The notes beneath the pieces were generated by a model. That model saw nothing but the letters and a program-made list of their open reading frames with translations, was not told where the DNA came from and did not search any database. Shown piece by piece: positions 9,744 to 19,025 of a stretch of DNA of 62,058 bases. The translations under genes and the position numbers were made by a program. The stretch lies in IMG/VR virus record IMGVR_UViG_3300023170_004698, positions 1-62,058 of that record; one strand, written 5' to 3'. Each line of letters begins with the position of its first letter. Within the stretch, counting starts at the first letter, position 1. The DNA is from a virus. Lineage: Duplodnaviria; Caudoviricetes.

Positions 9744-10305
9744 CAGACTCTAGCTTTTCATCCCCGTTTTCTGGTATATATTTTACTTCTTTTTTTAAAT
9801 CTTTATTTGCATTAAGAGTGTTTTCTAGTAAGGCTTTGAATTTTTTATTATCTAGTCTAGACTCTATTTCTTGAAAATTTAATTCTGGGTGGTTTCTACA
9901 GTGAGTAATAATAACTGGGACGCTAGCTTCTGGCCTATCAGCAGAGAACTCTTTCATATAGTTTATAACAGACTTCACTTTTGATATGAAATCTGAGTTG
10001 CAAGACTTACAATTATATTTATTGCAAGAGCATCCGGAGCACTGGCATGCACCATCACACGCATTGCATTCAGATGCTTTCTTTGAAATGCTTGCATCTT
10101 CTGTTTCTTTTATAAGCTCAAAACCAGCGCGATTCCTTATGTCAGCCATTTTTTCTTCAATTGTATCGAAGTCATTTCTCTTTTTAAATATGCTCTGAAG
10201 ATTTTCGAGATAATTACCTTTTTTTTCTAAAGTTTTTTCAAAATCAGAAATCCAATCAGCTGTAGTTTTATAGCTTTCACTTAAGCCCTGTCTATTAACT
10301 TTCAT
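9703..10305 (-). CDS. Hypothetical protein with Cys-rich segment
   Basis: CNACDGACQCSGCSCNKYNCKSC follows ISKKAS; RBS AGGAG. Confidence 0.75.
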   Translation of the reverse strand: MKVNRQGLSESYKTTADWISDFEKTLEKKGNYLENLQSIFKKRNDFDTIEEKMADIRNRAGFELIKETEDASISKKASECNACDGACQCSGCSCNKYNCKSCNSDFISKVKSVINYMKEFSADRPEASVPVIITHCRNHPELNFQEIESRLDNKKFKALLENTLNANKDLKKEVKYIPENGDEKLESDVADYFNHAQPSG

Positions 10306-10314
10306 TTTAAGCTC

Positions 10315-11403
10315 CTATGACAAATAGTTTTTCATGAAATCTATGCTAAGCTTTTCATCTTTATCTTCGCCAACTGTTCCGCGATCCTTAAAGAATGGGA
10401 AGCCACTATCCATGCATATCTGGATTATCTCAAGCTCCTCTCTATCTGTTATATCGTACTTTTCTTTTAGAGCTTGATAAACTTCGTCCATTGGTTTGCC
10501 GGCCGACACATGTGCGTTAATCATCATTCCGGTTATTGCTCGCTGGAACGGAGTAATTGTTATAACCATACCTCGACTATGAGGCGTTGTAGCTTCTTTT
10601 ACGATGTCTACGCTCTCTCCTTCGGCGTTTAGCCACATAGGAGCATCAGTTGATGCCTTCTTGGAGTGCTCTTCCTTTATTTTCTTCTTGAGGTTATTAA
10701 GATGATCCTTGAGAGTTATAACATCTCTCATTATATGACCTCTAATTTCCTCAAGTTTTTCTAAATCTAGGACGCTTTCCACATCATCCTTAATTGCTCT
10801 AGATATTTGAGAGTTTAATCTATCTAAAAATACAATAGCTTTTTCGCAGCCAGTTGTGGTGCGCCCATCATGCATAGGTATTTTTGCAGGATACTCGCCC
10901 GAGATATAATCCATAAACTTTGTTAGGTCGCCATCGTTTGCATAGTCTGTCTCTTTTTCTTCAGCTTCTCCGTCAAGCTCATTTGCAGACAAATTTGAGC
11001 CGGGGATTAAATCAGAAAGCTTTGTATCTCCATGCTCTTCTAATAGATCTTCAACATCTTTGTCCAACTCCTCAAGCTCCTCAGCAAGCTCGCCTAAGCT
11101 TTCATCTCCCTCGGCAAGACCCTCAAGAGCCTCCTGGAGGGTCATGTCTTTATATTCTTCTTCGGCAAAGTCATTCTCAGAAAAATCTCCAGTCGGGAAA
11201 ACATCTCCTACGACACCTTCTTCACCTGATCCGAACTCTTCCATGGCTTTTTCGAGAACGCTTAGCTCATCATCCTTATCTTCAGCGTAGCTTATAGAAT
11301 CCATAGCAAAATCTTCCACATAAGCAGAATCTTCATAGTAGGCTTCTTTTTTCATTTTCTCTCCCATTTTTGTATTTTTTATTCTTAAATATTTTTTAGA
11401 CAT
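10315..11403 (-). CDS. Acidic hypothetical head-module protein (probable start ATG 11355)
   Basis: Highly acidic N-half; MKKEAYY preceded by GGGAGAG RBS; KKAS and KEAT motifs. Confidence 0.75.
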   Translation of the reverse strand: MSKKYLRIKNTKMGEKMKKEAYYEDSAYVEDFAMDSISYAEDKDDELSVLEKAMEEFGSGEEGVVGDVFPTGDFSENDFAEEEYKDMTLQEALEGLAEGDESLGELAEELEELDKDVEDLLEEHGDTKLSDLIPGSNLSANELDGEAEEKETDYANDGDLTKFMDYISGEYPAKIPMHDGRTTTGCEKAIVFLDRLNSQISRAIKDDVESVLDLEKLEEIRGHIMRDVITLKDHLNNLKKKIKEEHSKKASTDAPMWLNAEGESVDIVKEATTPHSRGMVITITPFQRAITGMMINAHVSAGKPMDEVYQALKEKYDITDREELEIIQICMDSGFPFFKDRGTVGEDKDEKLSIDFMKNYLS

Positions 11404-11407
11404 AACC

Positions 11408-11848
11408 CTAACCTATTAAGCTATATATACCATAATATATATTAGTATTATTATCATCTGAATAATAATCATTATATTCTTTTGGATAACTGTATTGCGC
11501 CTTTGGCATTTGCCCGATCATAATATGGGGATAATTAGGGCTTCCGTTTAGTCCATCGATGCCAACGGGGGTTTCTTTTCCATCTTCATCGTACTTGCAA
11601 TCAACGGATTTGCCATTATCCATTATCTTATCTGCATATGGGCATTTTTTCGGCTCTTCAATCAAAAAAAGCAAGTCCAAGTTATATTCCATTGCGTCTC
11701 TCAAATCATCATCATCATCAAGATTGCTCAAAGGAATCATAAAGCTGGCAACAGGAGTGTTTTCACGCTCCAGGCAGCCTCCTGCACTCTTGCATCCGAA
11801 AGGTATTTTGAGTCCAAATGGACATTTGTGAAGTTTGCCTCTAATCAT
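11408..11848 (-). CDS. Cys-containing hypothetical protein
   Basis: 146-aa ORF: KCPFGL..PFGC...C, KCPYA, DCKY. Confidence 0.7.
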   Translation of the reverse strand: MIRGKLHKCPFGLKIPFGCKSAGGCLERENTPVASFMIPLSNLDDDDDLRDAMEYNLDLLFLIEEPKKCPYADKIMDNGKSVDCKYDEDGKETPVGIDGLNGSPNYPHIMIGQMPKAQYSYPKEYNDYYSDDNNTNIYYGIYSLIG

Positions 11849-11888
11849 AGTCTTCTTTTAAAATATAATATATTAGTAAAGTTTTGTA

Positions 11889-12644
11889 CTATAGCCCATC
11901 TAAATATCTTTTTACCATTTTTCTGCTTATTATTTCTCTCTTAAACTCTCCAGATAATGGTACTAGATCTAAAATCTCCATTGTTATTAGGTTTTTTAGC
12001 GTTCTTTCGGGATCGATCTTTATTGTTTCCCCAATTACGTTTTCAATATATGCAGGCTTTATCTCTGGATGTTCTGCAAAATACTTTTTATTATTTACAA
12101 CAAAATCTATGATCTCCTGATCTATATCAAAACCAAGCCTAGATGAAAAGTTTATAGCCCTCCAAAGTCTATTTGGATCGTCTGTTAAAGATATCTCTGG
12201 CGGAACAGGTGTTTTTATTATTTTTTCGTCATTATCTTTCTTACCAGAGCCAATGGGGTCTGTTATCTCAAGAGTTTCAAGATTCATATGTAGAGTATTT
12301 ATAGTAAAGTCCCTGCTATAAACTTCTTTCAAATTTTTATCTACATTTCCAATATAATCTACTGCAGATTCTGAAATAAAATTGCTAGAGAAATCAACAA
12401 TATGATCATCTAAATACAGGGTAATGTGTCCATCATCAAAAACTTTAAAGAATTTCTGAAAATGATCGGCAACTAAAACAGCCAGCCTTGTTATATCGGA
12501 TGAGTTAGTTGTAATATCTATGTCTGAATCTAGATCTTTTTTGTTACTTAGATATAAACCTCTAGGTATACCGCCAACGGCGAAGGGCTGAGATATTTTG
12601 TTATTCTCTGCTATTTCAAGAATTGTTTTAAATATCTCTCGCAT
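11889..12644 (-). CDS. Class II tRNA nucleotidyltransferase / poly(A) polymerase family protein (short)
   Basis: AVGGIPR, DIDITT (catalytic DxD), RDFTINTL, DPIGSGKKD, DDPNRLWRAINFSSRL correspond to the class II motifs. Confidence 0.9.
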   Translation of the reverse strand: MREIFKTILEIAENNKISQPFAVGGIPRGLYLSNKKDLDSDIDITTNSSDITRLAVLVADHFQKFFKVFDDGHITLYLDDHIVDFSSNFISESAVDYIGNVDKNLKEVYSRDFTINTLHMNLETLEITDPIGSGKKDNDEKIIKTPVPPEISLTDDPNRLWRAINFSSRLGFDIDQEIIDFVVNNKKYFAEHPEIKPAYIENVIGETIKIDPERTLKNLITMEILDLVPLSGEFKREIISRKMVKRYLDGL

Positions 12645-12649
12645 GCTGC

Positions 12650-14170
12650 TTACTCAACCGGCAGAGCTTCTTCTGGCTCAGGTGCTGTCTCGGGTGCTGG
12701 AGGCTCTTCCGCCTGCTCTGAGGCCCCCTGTGCTGCCCCGGGTAAAGGCCCGCCAGCTTCTAGCAGAGTCTTTGCATTAGACAGCTGACCCATCATTTTT
12801 GTGACGCGAGTTAGGGCGTAGGAAAATGCATCAATTAGCTTGCTCTGAGATTCTGCAAGCTCTGGAAACATAGAGGCGATCCCAATTTTGTCTAGCATAA
12901 TATCAAACTCAGCAAGTTGCCTGATGATCCGCCTATCTGCAAGCATCCCTGCTACCTCATCTAGCTTTCTGGCTGCATCTTCCAAATTTATATTTCCAGC
13001 CAGAGCATCGTACTCCCCGGGCTGAGGTCCGGGAATAGGCTCAATATCCCTAAGCTTTGCAGGCTCGACATCATCTGGCTCAGGAACTTCAACTCCAGAT
13101 TTCTGCTCTTGCTGACTTGGACCGCTTGGCGCAGGCTCCTCCTGCGGAGCGGGAGCGCCAGGTATTGCTTCGGCTTGCCCCTCTGGGCTAGGAGGCGGCA
13201 CCTCTGCTTGCTCTTCGGCTATTTCTTGTGCAATTTTTAGCAGAGTATCTGCGTGAACATCGTGTCCTGCTTTTTTAAATATTCCGGCAGTCCTATGGGT
13301 AACATCACTCATAGTGCTTGCCATTTTAACCCGCTTTATCAAAGAGCTTAATTCAAAAAGATGTTTTGCCATCTCAGAATATTCATCATAAGGAATATCT
13401 CCATCCCTAAGAAGGGTATCGATTCTTTTGCAAGCTCTATTTATTGATTTTTTCCAGTTTACTATTTTTTCTCTCTCTAAACTACCTTCATCTACTTTGG
13501 GCTCTGGCAAGCTACTAGAAGTAAAACTGTCACCAGGCATGTTGTTGCCACGATTTCTGCCAGAAGAGTTATATCCAGTTGTATCTTGGGTATAAAAGCC
13601 ATTTCCAACTAGACCTGATTGAAATAAAGATTCTTTTTTCATTTTATCTTCCTTATTATTAGCATACTTAAGATGTTGGCCGCTACTGAAGTAATCAAAC
13701 CATCTTAAAAACTTTTGCTTTTCTTCGTTATCTAAAATATTACTATAAAATTGCAGGGCAGCTTCTTTTGTTCGCTTTCCGCTTTTGCAATCTTTATATA
13801 TTTTGTGAACTAATTCAAGCCAATTGTTTAAATCGACCTCCTCTGTTAGGCTATCTACAGATAAGCCTGGATTTGGATATGCAATTTTTTTAATTGGAGA
13901 AGATGCAATCTTTATTTTTAGTAGCCCATAAAGAACATCCCCAGCATCACTTGAGTTTTTAATAATATTCGAGGCAGCTTCATTGGAGAGGGCAACCTCC
14001 ATTTTGCGAGCCTCTCGCCTCAGATAGGTGTATCTAGCCAACTCTTCATCGCTAGACACCCCAATATCAGTTAGGTGGGCAGCTCTTTTTGCGATAGGCA
14101 GCAGAAGATCTATATTATCTTCGTTCATGTTTGCTATCTTTTTTCTAAAGTAATTATTTATTTTTACCAT
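12650..14170 (-). CDS. Hypothetical head-module protein, Pro/Glu-rich linker, many K-x-A motifs
   Basis: 506 aa; KIAN, KRAA, KIAS, KIAY, KYAN, KMAS, KKAG, KIAQ; possible internal start at 13642. Confidence 0.75.
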   Translation of the reverse strand: MVKINNYFRKKIANMNEDNIDLLLPIAKRAAHLTDIGVSSDEELARYTYLRREARKMEVALSNEAASNIIKNSSDAGDVLYGLLKIKIASSPIKKIAYPNPGLSVDSLTEEVDLNNWLELVHKIYKDCKSGKRTKEAALQFYSNILDNEEKQKFLRWFDYFSSGQHLKYANNKEDKMKKESLFQSGLVGNGFYTQDTTGYNSSGRNRGNNMPGDSFTSSSLPEPKVDEGSLEREKIVNWKKSINRACKRIDTLLRDGDIPYDEYSEMAKHLFELSSLIKRVKMASTMSDVTHRTAGIFKKAGHDVHADTLLKIAQEIAEEQAEVPPPSPEGQAEAIPGAPAPQEEPAPSGPSQQEQKSGVEVPEPDDVEPAKLRDIEPIPGPQPGEYDALAGNINLEDAARKLDEVAGMLADRRIIRQLAEFDIMLDKIGIASMFPELAESQSKLIDAFSYALTRVTKMMGQLSNAKTLLEAGGPLPGAAQGASEQAEEPPAPETAPEPEEALPVE

Positions 14171-14396
14171 CTTTAATGCTCTCTTGAAGCTCTTCTATTG
14201 CCTTAATCCAATCTGCCTTATTTTTACCAACCATATCATCTAACTTCCGCTTTATATAACCGAGATATTTATCCAAATCTCCATCGGGAATCTTTTTATC
14301 CTCATAATCTTTCGTTGCATCTTTTATCCAGGAACGAAATGAAATTATCGAATTTAAGTCTTCCTTTAGATTTAATGTAACTTTTTTATTTTTCAT
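14154..14396 (-). CDS. Hypothetical protein
   Basis: 80-aa ORF with AGGA RBS, overlapping the next gene. Confidence 0.65.
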   Translation of the reverse strand: MKNKKVTLNLKEDLNSIISFRSWIKDATKDYEDKKIPDGDLDKYLGYIKRKLDDMVGKNKADWIKAIEELQESIKDGKNK

Positions 14397-14414
14397 TTTA
14401 TATTCCTAAATATG

Positions 14415-15098
14415 CTAAACATCTATTACGTCTGCTTCTATAAAGCCCGCAGTCTCTGTATCCGCAGAATTCATGCGCCTATTTAGAGCATCCATAAAAA
14501 CCGGTATAAGATCTGGATCCATCTGATGTAGAATTTCCATAACAGACTCCCTTAGAATTCTTGCTTGCTCATTAATAACATTAATATTAATATTATGCTC
14601 AATTTTATGGTCAGCAACGCCTTCAATATATTTTTTCCAATCTTGCATTAAAGATTTCATTGTGTTTATATATTCTAAAAATATTTTATCTTCTTTTATT
14701 GTCCCGCCAGTTTGAAGAACATTATAGTAGTATTCTATTCTTGAATTAACCAAAGAATCCATTTCCAGAAGCCTTCTCGTTACATCCAGCTCTCCAGAGG
14801 CAATTTCTTCTATCTTCTGCCGGTAAGCAGAAGAGTTTTTAACTATCATTCTAGCCTCAGCTTCGGACGCTTCCTTTGAAACTTCGACTCTCCTATTTTT
14901 TATATCATCAAGAACTTCACCCTTAAGGTTTAGGTGCTCAGTTCTAAACTTTTGCAAAGTCATATAGGATATATGCATTCTTTTTTTTCTAGGATACTTA
15001 TCCTTAAGCCAGGATTCAACGCCCTTTACAGACTCGCCTTCTAGAAGTTTTTTTATAAGCTCTTCTTTATCTGGGTGATTTAAAACTTTCTTACTCAC
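14415..15098 (-). CDS. HTH plus coiled-coil protein, candidate terminase small subunit
   Basis: N-terminal HTH-like HPDKEELIKKLLEGESVKGVESWL...ISYMTLQKFR followed by long helices; in the head/packaging module; GGAG RBS with GTG start. The TerS identity is inference. Confidence 0.45.
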   Translation of the reverse strand: MSKKVLNHPDKEELIKKLLEGESVKGVESWLKDKYPRKKRMHISYMTLQKFRTEHLNLKGEVLDDIKNRRVEVSKEASEAEARMIVKNSSAYRQKIEEIASGELDVTRRLLEMDSLVNSRIEYYYNVLQTGGTIKEDKIFLEYINTMKSLMQDWKKYIEGVADHKIEHNININVINEQARILRESVMEILHQMDPDLIPVFMDALNRRMNSADTETAGFIEADVIDV

Positions 15099-15109
15099 TT
15101 TATCTCCAT

Positions 15110-15149
15110 AAAAAAATATCCCGGCTATATATTACTATGCCGAGATATT
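15110..15149 (-). terminator. Rho-independent terminator
   Basis: Minus strand AATATCTCGGC-loop-GCCGGGATATT (one G-U pair) followed by a T run. Confidence 0.7.
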
Positions 15150-15173
15150 ATTATAATTTTAATAATCAGAATA

Positions 15174-15662
15174 TTATTTGAGCTTAGATATGATTTCGTC
15201 AACCATATTGGCTTCTTTTACGAGCCCTATATTATCAAGATGATTTGCAAAATGTATAAGGCTTGTTTGCATGGAAACATCGCCTGGATTAAAAACCTGA
15301 TCTCCGACCTTAAAGCCTTCATTATAATCGAACTTTTCTCCAGTCAGAGGATTTTCGACAACTCCATCGCCTATCCTTCTTGCCTGCAGGCCGACATAGC
15401 CCGGAACATACCTTGTGGACAGGTGAGGGCTTACCTCTTTGGCTTCTTTCAACTCACTGTCTGAGTGCTCGGGAGTAATGCCGTACAGTCCTTCGAAAGA
15501 TCTATCTGGAGGAGTGTTATATTTTTCGCTTATATACTTATCCCTGGTAGCATCAGTTATTGCGGCACCTTGGAAGCTATTAAATATACCATGCTGATCA
15601 GCTTCTGCTAGCTTAACAATTTTGTTATATAACTTTATTTTTCTTGTTCTTTTGCTAGGCAT
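15174..15662 (-). CDS. Hypothetical head-module protein with AN.LD..GL..EA...D motif
   Basis: 162 aa; VKLAE near the N-terminus; C-terminal LIHFANHLDNIGLVKEANMVDEII. Confidence 0.75.
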   Translation of the reverse strand: MPSKRTRKIKLYNKIVKLAEADQHGIFNSFQGAAITDATRDKYISEKYNTPPDRSFEGLYGITPEHSDSELKEAKEVSPHLSTRYVPGYVGLQARRIGDGVVENPLTGEKFDYNEGFKVGDQVFNPGDVSMQTSLIHFANHLDNIGLVKEANMVDEIISKLK

Positions 15663-15669
15663 GATTCCT

Positions 15670-17229
15670 CTATGATAAAGATATTTTTGAAGTTGATATC
15701 ATTGCGCCCGTCTCGCTTATATCGCCAGAGGACAAGGTTCTAGTAGCCGGTATACACCTTCCCTTGCTATCAAAGGCTACCTTGCTGACTGGCAAGCCGA
15801 GCTTAGGGCAGTAAAGCTGAACAGAGGTTGATATATTTATTAGATCCCCTCTGTCAAAAGCCGCCTTAATTAGGGCATCTCTGCTTGAGCTAGAAGAGGA
15901 ATGCTTTAGGAGCTTTGAATAATGATCTAGTGCTGCAAGGTGCTGAGTTGAATCAAATCGAGACTGTATTGCAGACAGAGCATTCTCTGCGCGCTTGTAG
16001 TCAGACTCTGCAATACCAGACTCCATCTCTCCAATAAGCTGCGAGTAATTTAGTCGCCCCATACTCTCAATTTCCCTTGAAATTTTATTATGAAGGCCAG
16101 ACTCCTCTGCAGTTCTAATCGCAGTCCTCAGGCCTGATCGGTTGAGCTTATAGGACTTTCCAGCAACCTTAAAGGCTGTCGGGATCATGGCAGAGCCATT
16201 TGGCATATCCACGTACACATCCGCACAAACTTGGCCACCGGGGGAAGGTATGCTGGCCTGGTAATGTAAGCCCTTATCATCTGATCCAGCTAGCTTTATT
16301 TGGGCATTTTTCAGACCTAAAGCCGAAAGCTCAGATGAAAGAATTGCAGTTGCTCTAGATACTTCGTTTGAAGAAAATGCCGATGCTGCAGCGATTAAGC
16401 TATTGTCTAAATCAGCATATCTGGCTAGCGCCTCGGGCACATCAGGAGTATCTACCCTGACATTACCTGCTGCGCGCTGACCTGCAAACTCATTTCTTGC
16501 AGCCCTCTTCTTGTGATTATTTTTATCCTTTATGAAAACATAAAGGTTCTCCTTATTAAGGCTGACAAGCTCATCATCCTGAATGAATGACTGTGGCAGG
16601 GAGGGAATACCGTTGGTGATCTGCACTGGAACAGGAACATTGACCTGGGTAAAGTCAGAGGTCTCAATTGATGCCGTGCATAAAACAAAGTGGTCATTTG
16701 CCTTTACCACAGAAACGTTACTAGGTGGGCAGCCGAGTGAAGTAAGCTGAACTTTTGCAAACTTTGCAGCCTTAGATAGAGTGGTATCAGAAAGGGCTGA
16801 AAAAGATGCTTTTTTATCTAGAGAGAAAACGCCTGAAAGCTCTCTGGATAACTCTGAGTCGCCATAAAGAGGCTTTAGTTCATTTTCGTAAGAGATTCTT
16901 GAGTCGAGGCTTGCTACCTTTTGGCGAACAGATTCCGCAGGACTATCAGTCATCATATCGCCAAGCACTTCTCTGAAAACGCTTTTTCCAGAAGAGAGGC
17001 CTGATATGCTGTTATATACCTCTGATATTTCTTTTGATGTGAAAAACTCCTGGGATGAGGCTCTTTTCTCAAAAATATCTCTTGCATAACCCAAGGTTAC
17101 GTCGCCGGGATTATTCTTTTTGGCAAGCTCCACTCTCTGGCAGACGTATCCGGAGGGATACTTGTTTCCGCCGGTTAGCTTATCTAGCGCCCTCTGAGCT
17201 TCTCTTGCTAATTTTTTTATATCGTTCAT
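15670..17229 (-). CDS. Hypothetical structural protein with an internal domain duplication
   Basis: 519 aa with two similar ~60-aa units (see findings); KLAR, KRAS, KVAS, KKAS motifs. Confidence 0.75.
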   Translation of the reverse strand: MNDIKKLAREAQRALDKLTGGNKYPSGYVCQRVELAKKNNPGDVTLGYARDIFEKRASSQEFFTSKEISEVYNSISGLSSGKSVFREVLGDMMTDSPAESVRQKVASLDSRISYENELKPLYGDSELSRELSGVFSLDKKASFSALSDTTLSKAAKFAKVQLTSLGCPPSNVSVVKANDHFVLCTASIETSDFTQVNVPVPVQITNGIPSLPQSFIQDDELVSLNKENLYVFIKDKNNHKKRAARNEFAGQRAAGNVRVDTPDVPEALARYADLDNSLIAAASAFSSNEVSRATAILSSELSALGLKNAQIKLAGSDDKGLHYQASIPSPGGQVCADVYVDMPNGSAMIPTAFKVAGKSYKLNRSGLRTAIRTAEESGLHNKISREIESMGRLNYSQLIGEMESGIAESDYKRAENALSAIQSRFDSTQHLAALDHYSKLLKHSSSSSSRDALIKAAFDRGDLINISTSVQLYCPKLGLPVSKVAFDSKGRCIPATRTLSSGDISETGAMISTSKISLS

Positions 17230-17245
17230 TTTTTATAGTCCTTAA

Positions 17246-17737
17246 TTAATTCTTTTTAAATAAGTCTGGAAATACTTGTTTGATGGCGCTTGCCTTAGCC
17301 TCTAATTGCGCGTCAACAACTTTATTTACAAAAAGAGGATCATTTTCCGCCATATCCAGCAGGGCGGTCTTAAAGGTAAAAACGTCATTTTTAGAAAATC
17401 CGTATTCATCAGAAGAAAACGAACAAATAGGAACTCCCTTATACGCTAGCGTAACAGAGTCAGAGCTATGGTTGCTCTGAGCCGACCATGCGCCAGCCTC
17501 TTTTACTTCATACTTTGGGTGTGAACTTCTAACCAAAAAGGTGGAGTCTCCCTCTTTTTCTACTTTCCATAAATCGTTGTACTGGTCGCCAAACACCTTG
17601 ACCATATCGAAGGCTACCTTTTTTATCTTGACATCTTCAGTAAGCTCAATTCGATCTTTCCTAGTTGGATTTTGCTCTCGATCTTGAGAAAGTTTTAATA
17701 AAATATCGTCTAGCTCAGACATTAAGGGGCTCCTCAT
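17246..17737 (-). CDS. Hypothetical head-module protein (probable start ATG 17722)
   Basis: GAGGAG RBS before MSELDD; KLSQ, KKVAF, KEAG motifs. Confidence 0.7.
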   Translation of the reverse strand: MRSPLMSELDDILLKLSQDREQNPTRKDRIELTEDVKIKKVAFDMVKVFGDQYNDLWKVEKEGDSTFLVRSSHPKYEVKEAGAWSAQSNHSSDSVTLAYKGVPICSFSSDEYGFSKNDVFTFKTALLDMAENDPLFVNKVVDAQLEAKASAIKQVFPDLFKKN

Positions 17738-17807
17738 GTAATTTTGTCTTATTAATAGAAATAAAATGTTGCAAATATATCTTTAACATATGTAAAAATA
17801 TATATTA

Positions 17808-18257
17808 TTAGTAGTATGCCTCTTCTTCAACAGTTTCTTTTTTAATATCAGAGATTTTTTCCAAGATGTCTTTTACTTTTTCGTTGTTCTTGCAAAGCTT
17901 TTGAAGCTTTTTGACAATGCCCCCATATCTTTTTTTCTGATTTCTATAATCTATGTTTCCGTGCATTGCCTTGTGAACTGCAGACTGGGTTATGCCGAGA
18001 TGCTCTGCTATTTCGTTCTGGGTCTTTCCCATAAGCCTCATAAATAAAATCTTCTTTTGATGCTCAGTTAGATAATCGCCATTGATTATATCATATATTT
18101 CGCCAAGAAGCTCTTCCTTAAGCTCTATTAGCCTATCATCTAATGCGTTTGTTTCAAGCATATTGCTTATGCTGTTTTCATTAGAAAAATTATTTAACTT
18201 TGCAGCGTCGAATGAAACCTCAACGATTTTATATTGATAAGACTTACTTTTTCCCAT
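17808..18257 (-). CDS. Sigma70 region-4/LuxR-like HTH DNA-binding protein
   Basis: LTEHQKKILFMRLMGKTQNEIAEHLGITQSAVHKAM. Confidence 0.8.
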   Translation of the reverse strand: MGKSKSYQYKIVEVSFDAAKLNNFSNENSISNMLETNALDDRLIELKEELLGEIYDIINGDYLTEHQKKILFMRLMGKTQNEIAEHLGITQSAVHKAMHGNIDYRNQKKRYGGIVKKLQKLCKNNEKVKDILEKISDIKKETVEEEAYY

Positions 18258-18263
18258 TTTATA

Positions 18264-19022
18264 CTACCACACTTCTGGGATTATTTGCTTAAAGTCTTTG
18301 AAGAAAGTAAGAGTTGACGTGGAGTTATCTGCAAAATATTCATCGACATCCTTGTGGCCATCTGGTAACTTTAAAAATCTAAGCTTAATCCCTTTATTGA
18401 TAAATTTATTATAAATTCTTTCAGCTGATTTTTGACCTGCATCATCTGCATCTAAAATAAAAGTTATTTTATCAGTATATCTTGCAAGCTTTAAGAAGTG
18501 CTTCTTTGAAAAAGCAGTTCCGCATATAGCTACTGAATTTTTAAAACCGTTCTTTGACATAGAAATATAATCAAAGTAACCTTCTGTAACGAAAACATTG
18601 TTTTTTTCCAAGATAGAGTTCTTGGACTTATTTAGCCCGTAGAGTATATCAGCCTTTTTATAGGAGGTGTTTTTATACTTTGGAATACCTACGAGTCTTC
18701 TTTCCTCCTCTTTCAAGAGCGTTCTTCCACTTATACCAACTAGATCATTATATTCTGAGTATATGGGAAAAACTAAATAAAAGTAATTAGAAAAATCACT
18801 TCCTCCAGAAAAGTTTGTTAAGTTAACCTTGGCTAAGAACTCTTCTGACACATAGTTTTTTAATATAGATATATTTTGTGGAAAAAAGCCTATTTTATTT
18901 TCTAAAACATCTCTTTTTTCCAAGCCCCTTTCTTTAACCAGATAATTAATACATTCTTTAGAATTTTTTAAATTAGACTGACATATTTTAACAAGCTTAT
19001 CAAATTCCTGGTGGGCATCCAT
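18264..19022 (-). CDS. dnaG: DnaG primase catalytic core (TOPRIM), lacking zinc-binding domain
   Basis: YLVKERGL, LVFPI, ISGRTL, PKYKNT, VTEGYFDYIS, AICGTA, ILDADDAG, KDVDEY; no N-terminal CHC2 finger. Confidence 0.9.
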   Translation of the reverse strand: MDAHQEFDKLVKICQSNLKNSKECINYLVKERGLEKRDVLENKIGFFPQNISILKNYVSEEFLAKVNLTNFSGGSDFSNYFYLVFPIYSEYNDLVGISGRTLLKEEERRLVGIPKYKNTSYKKADILYGLNKSKNSILEKNNVFVTEGYFDYISMSKNGFKNSVAICGTAFSKKHFLKLARYTDKITFILDADDAGQKSAERIYNKFINKGIKLRFLKLPDGHKDVDEYFADNSTSTLTFFKDFKQIIPEVW

Positions 19023-19025
19023 TGG

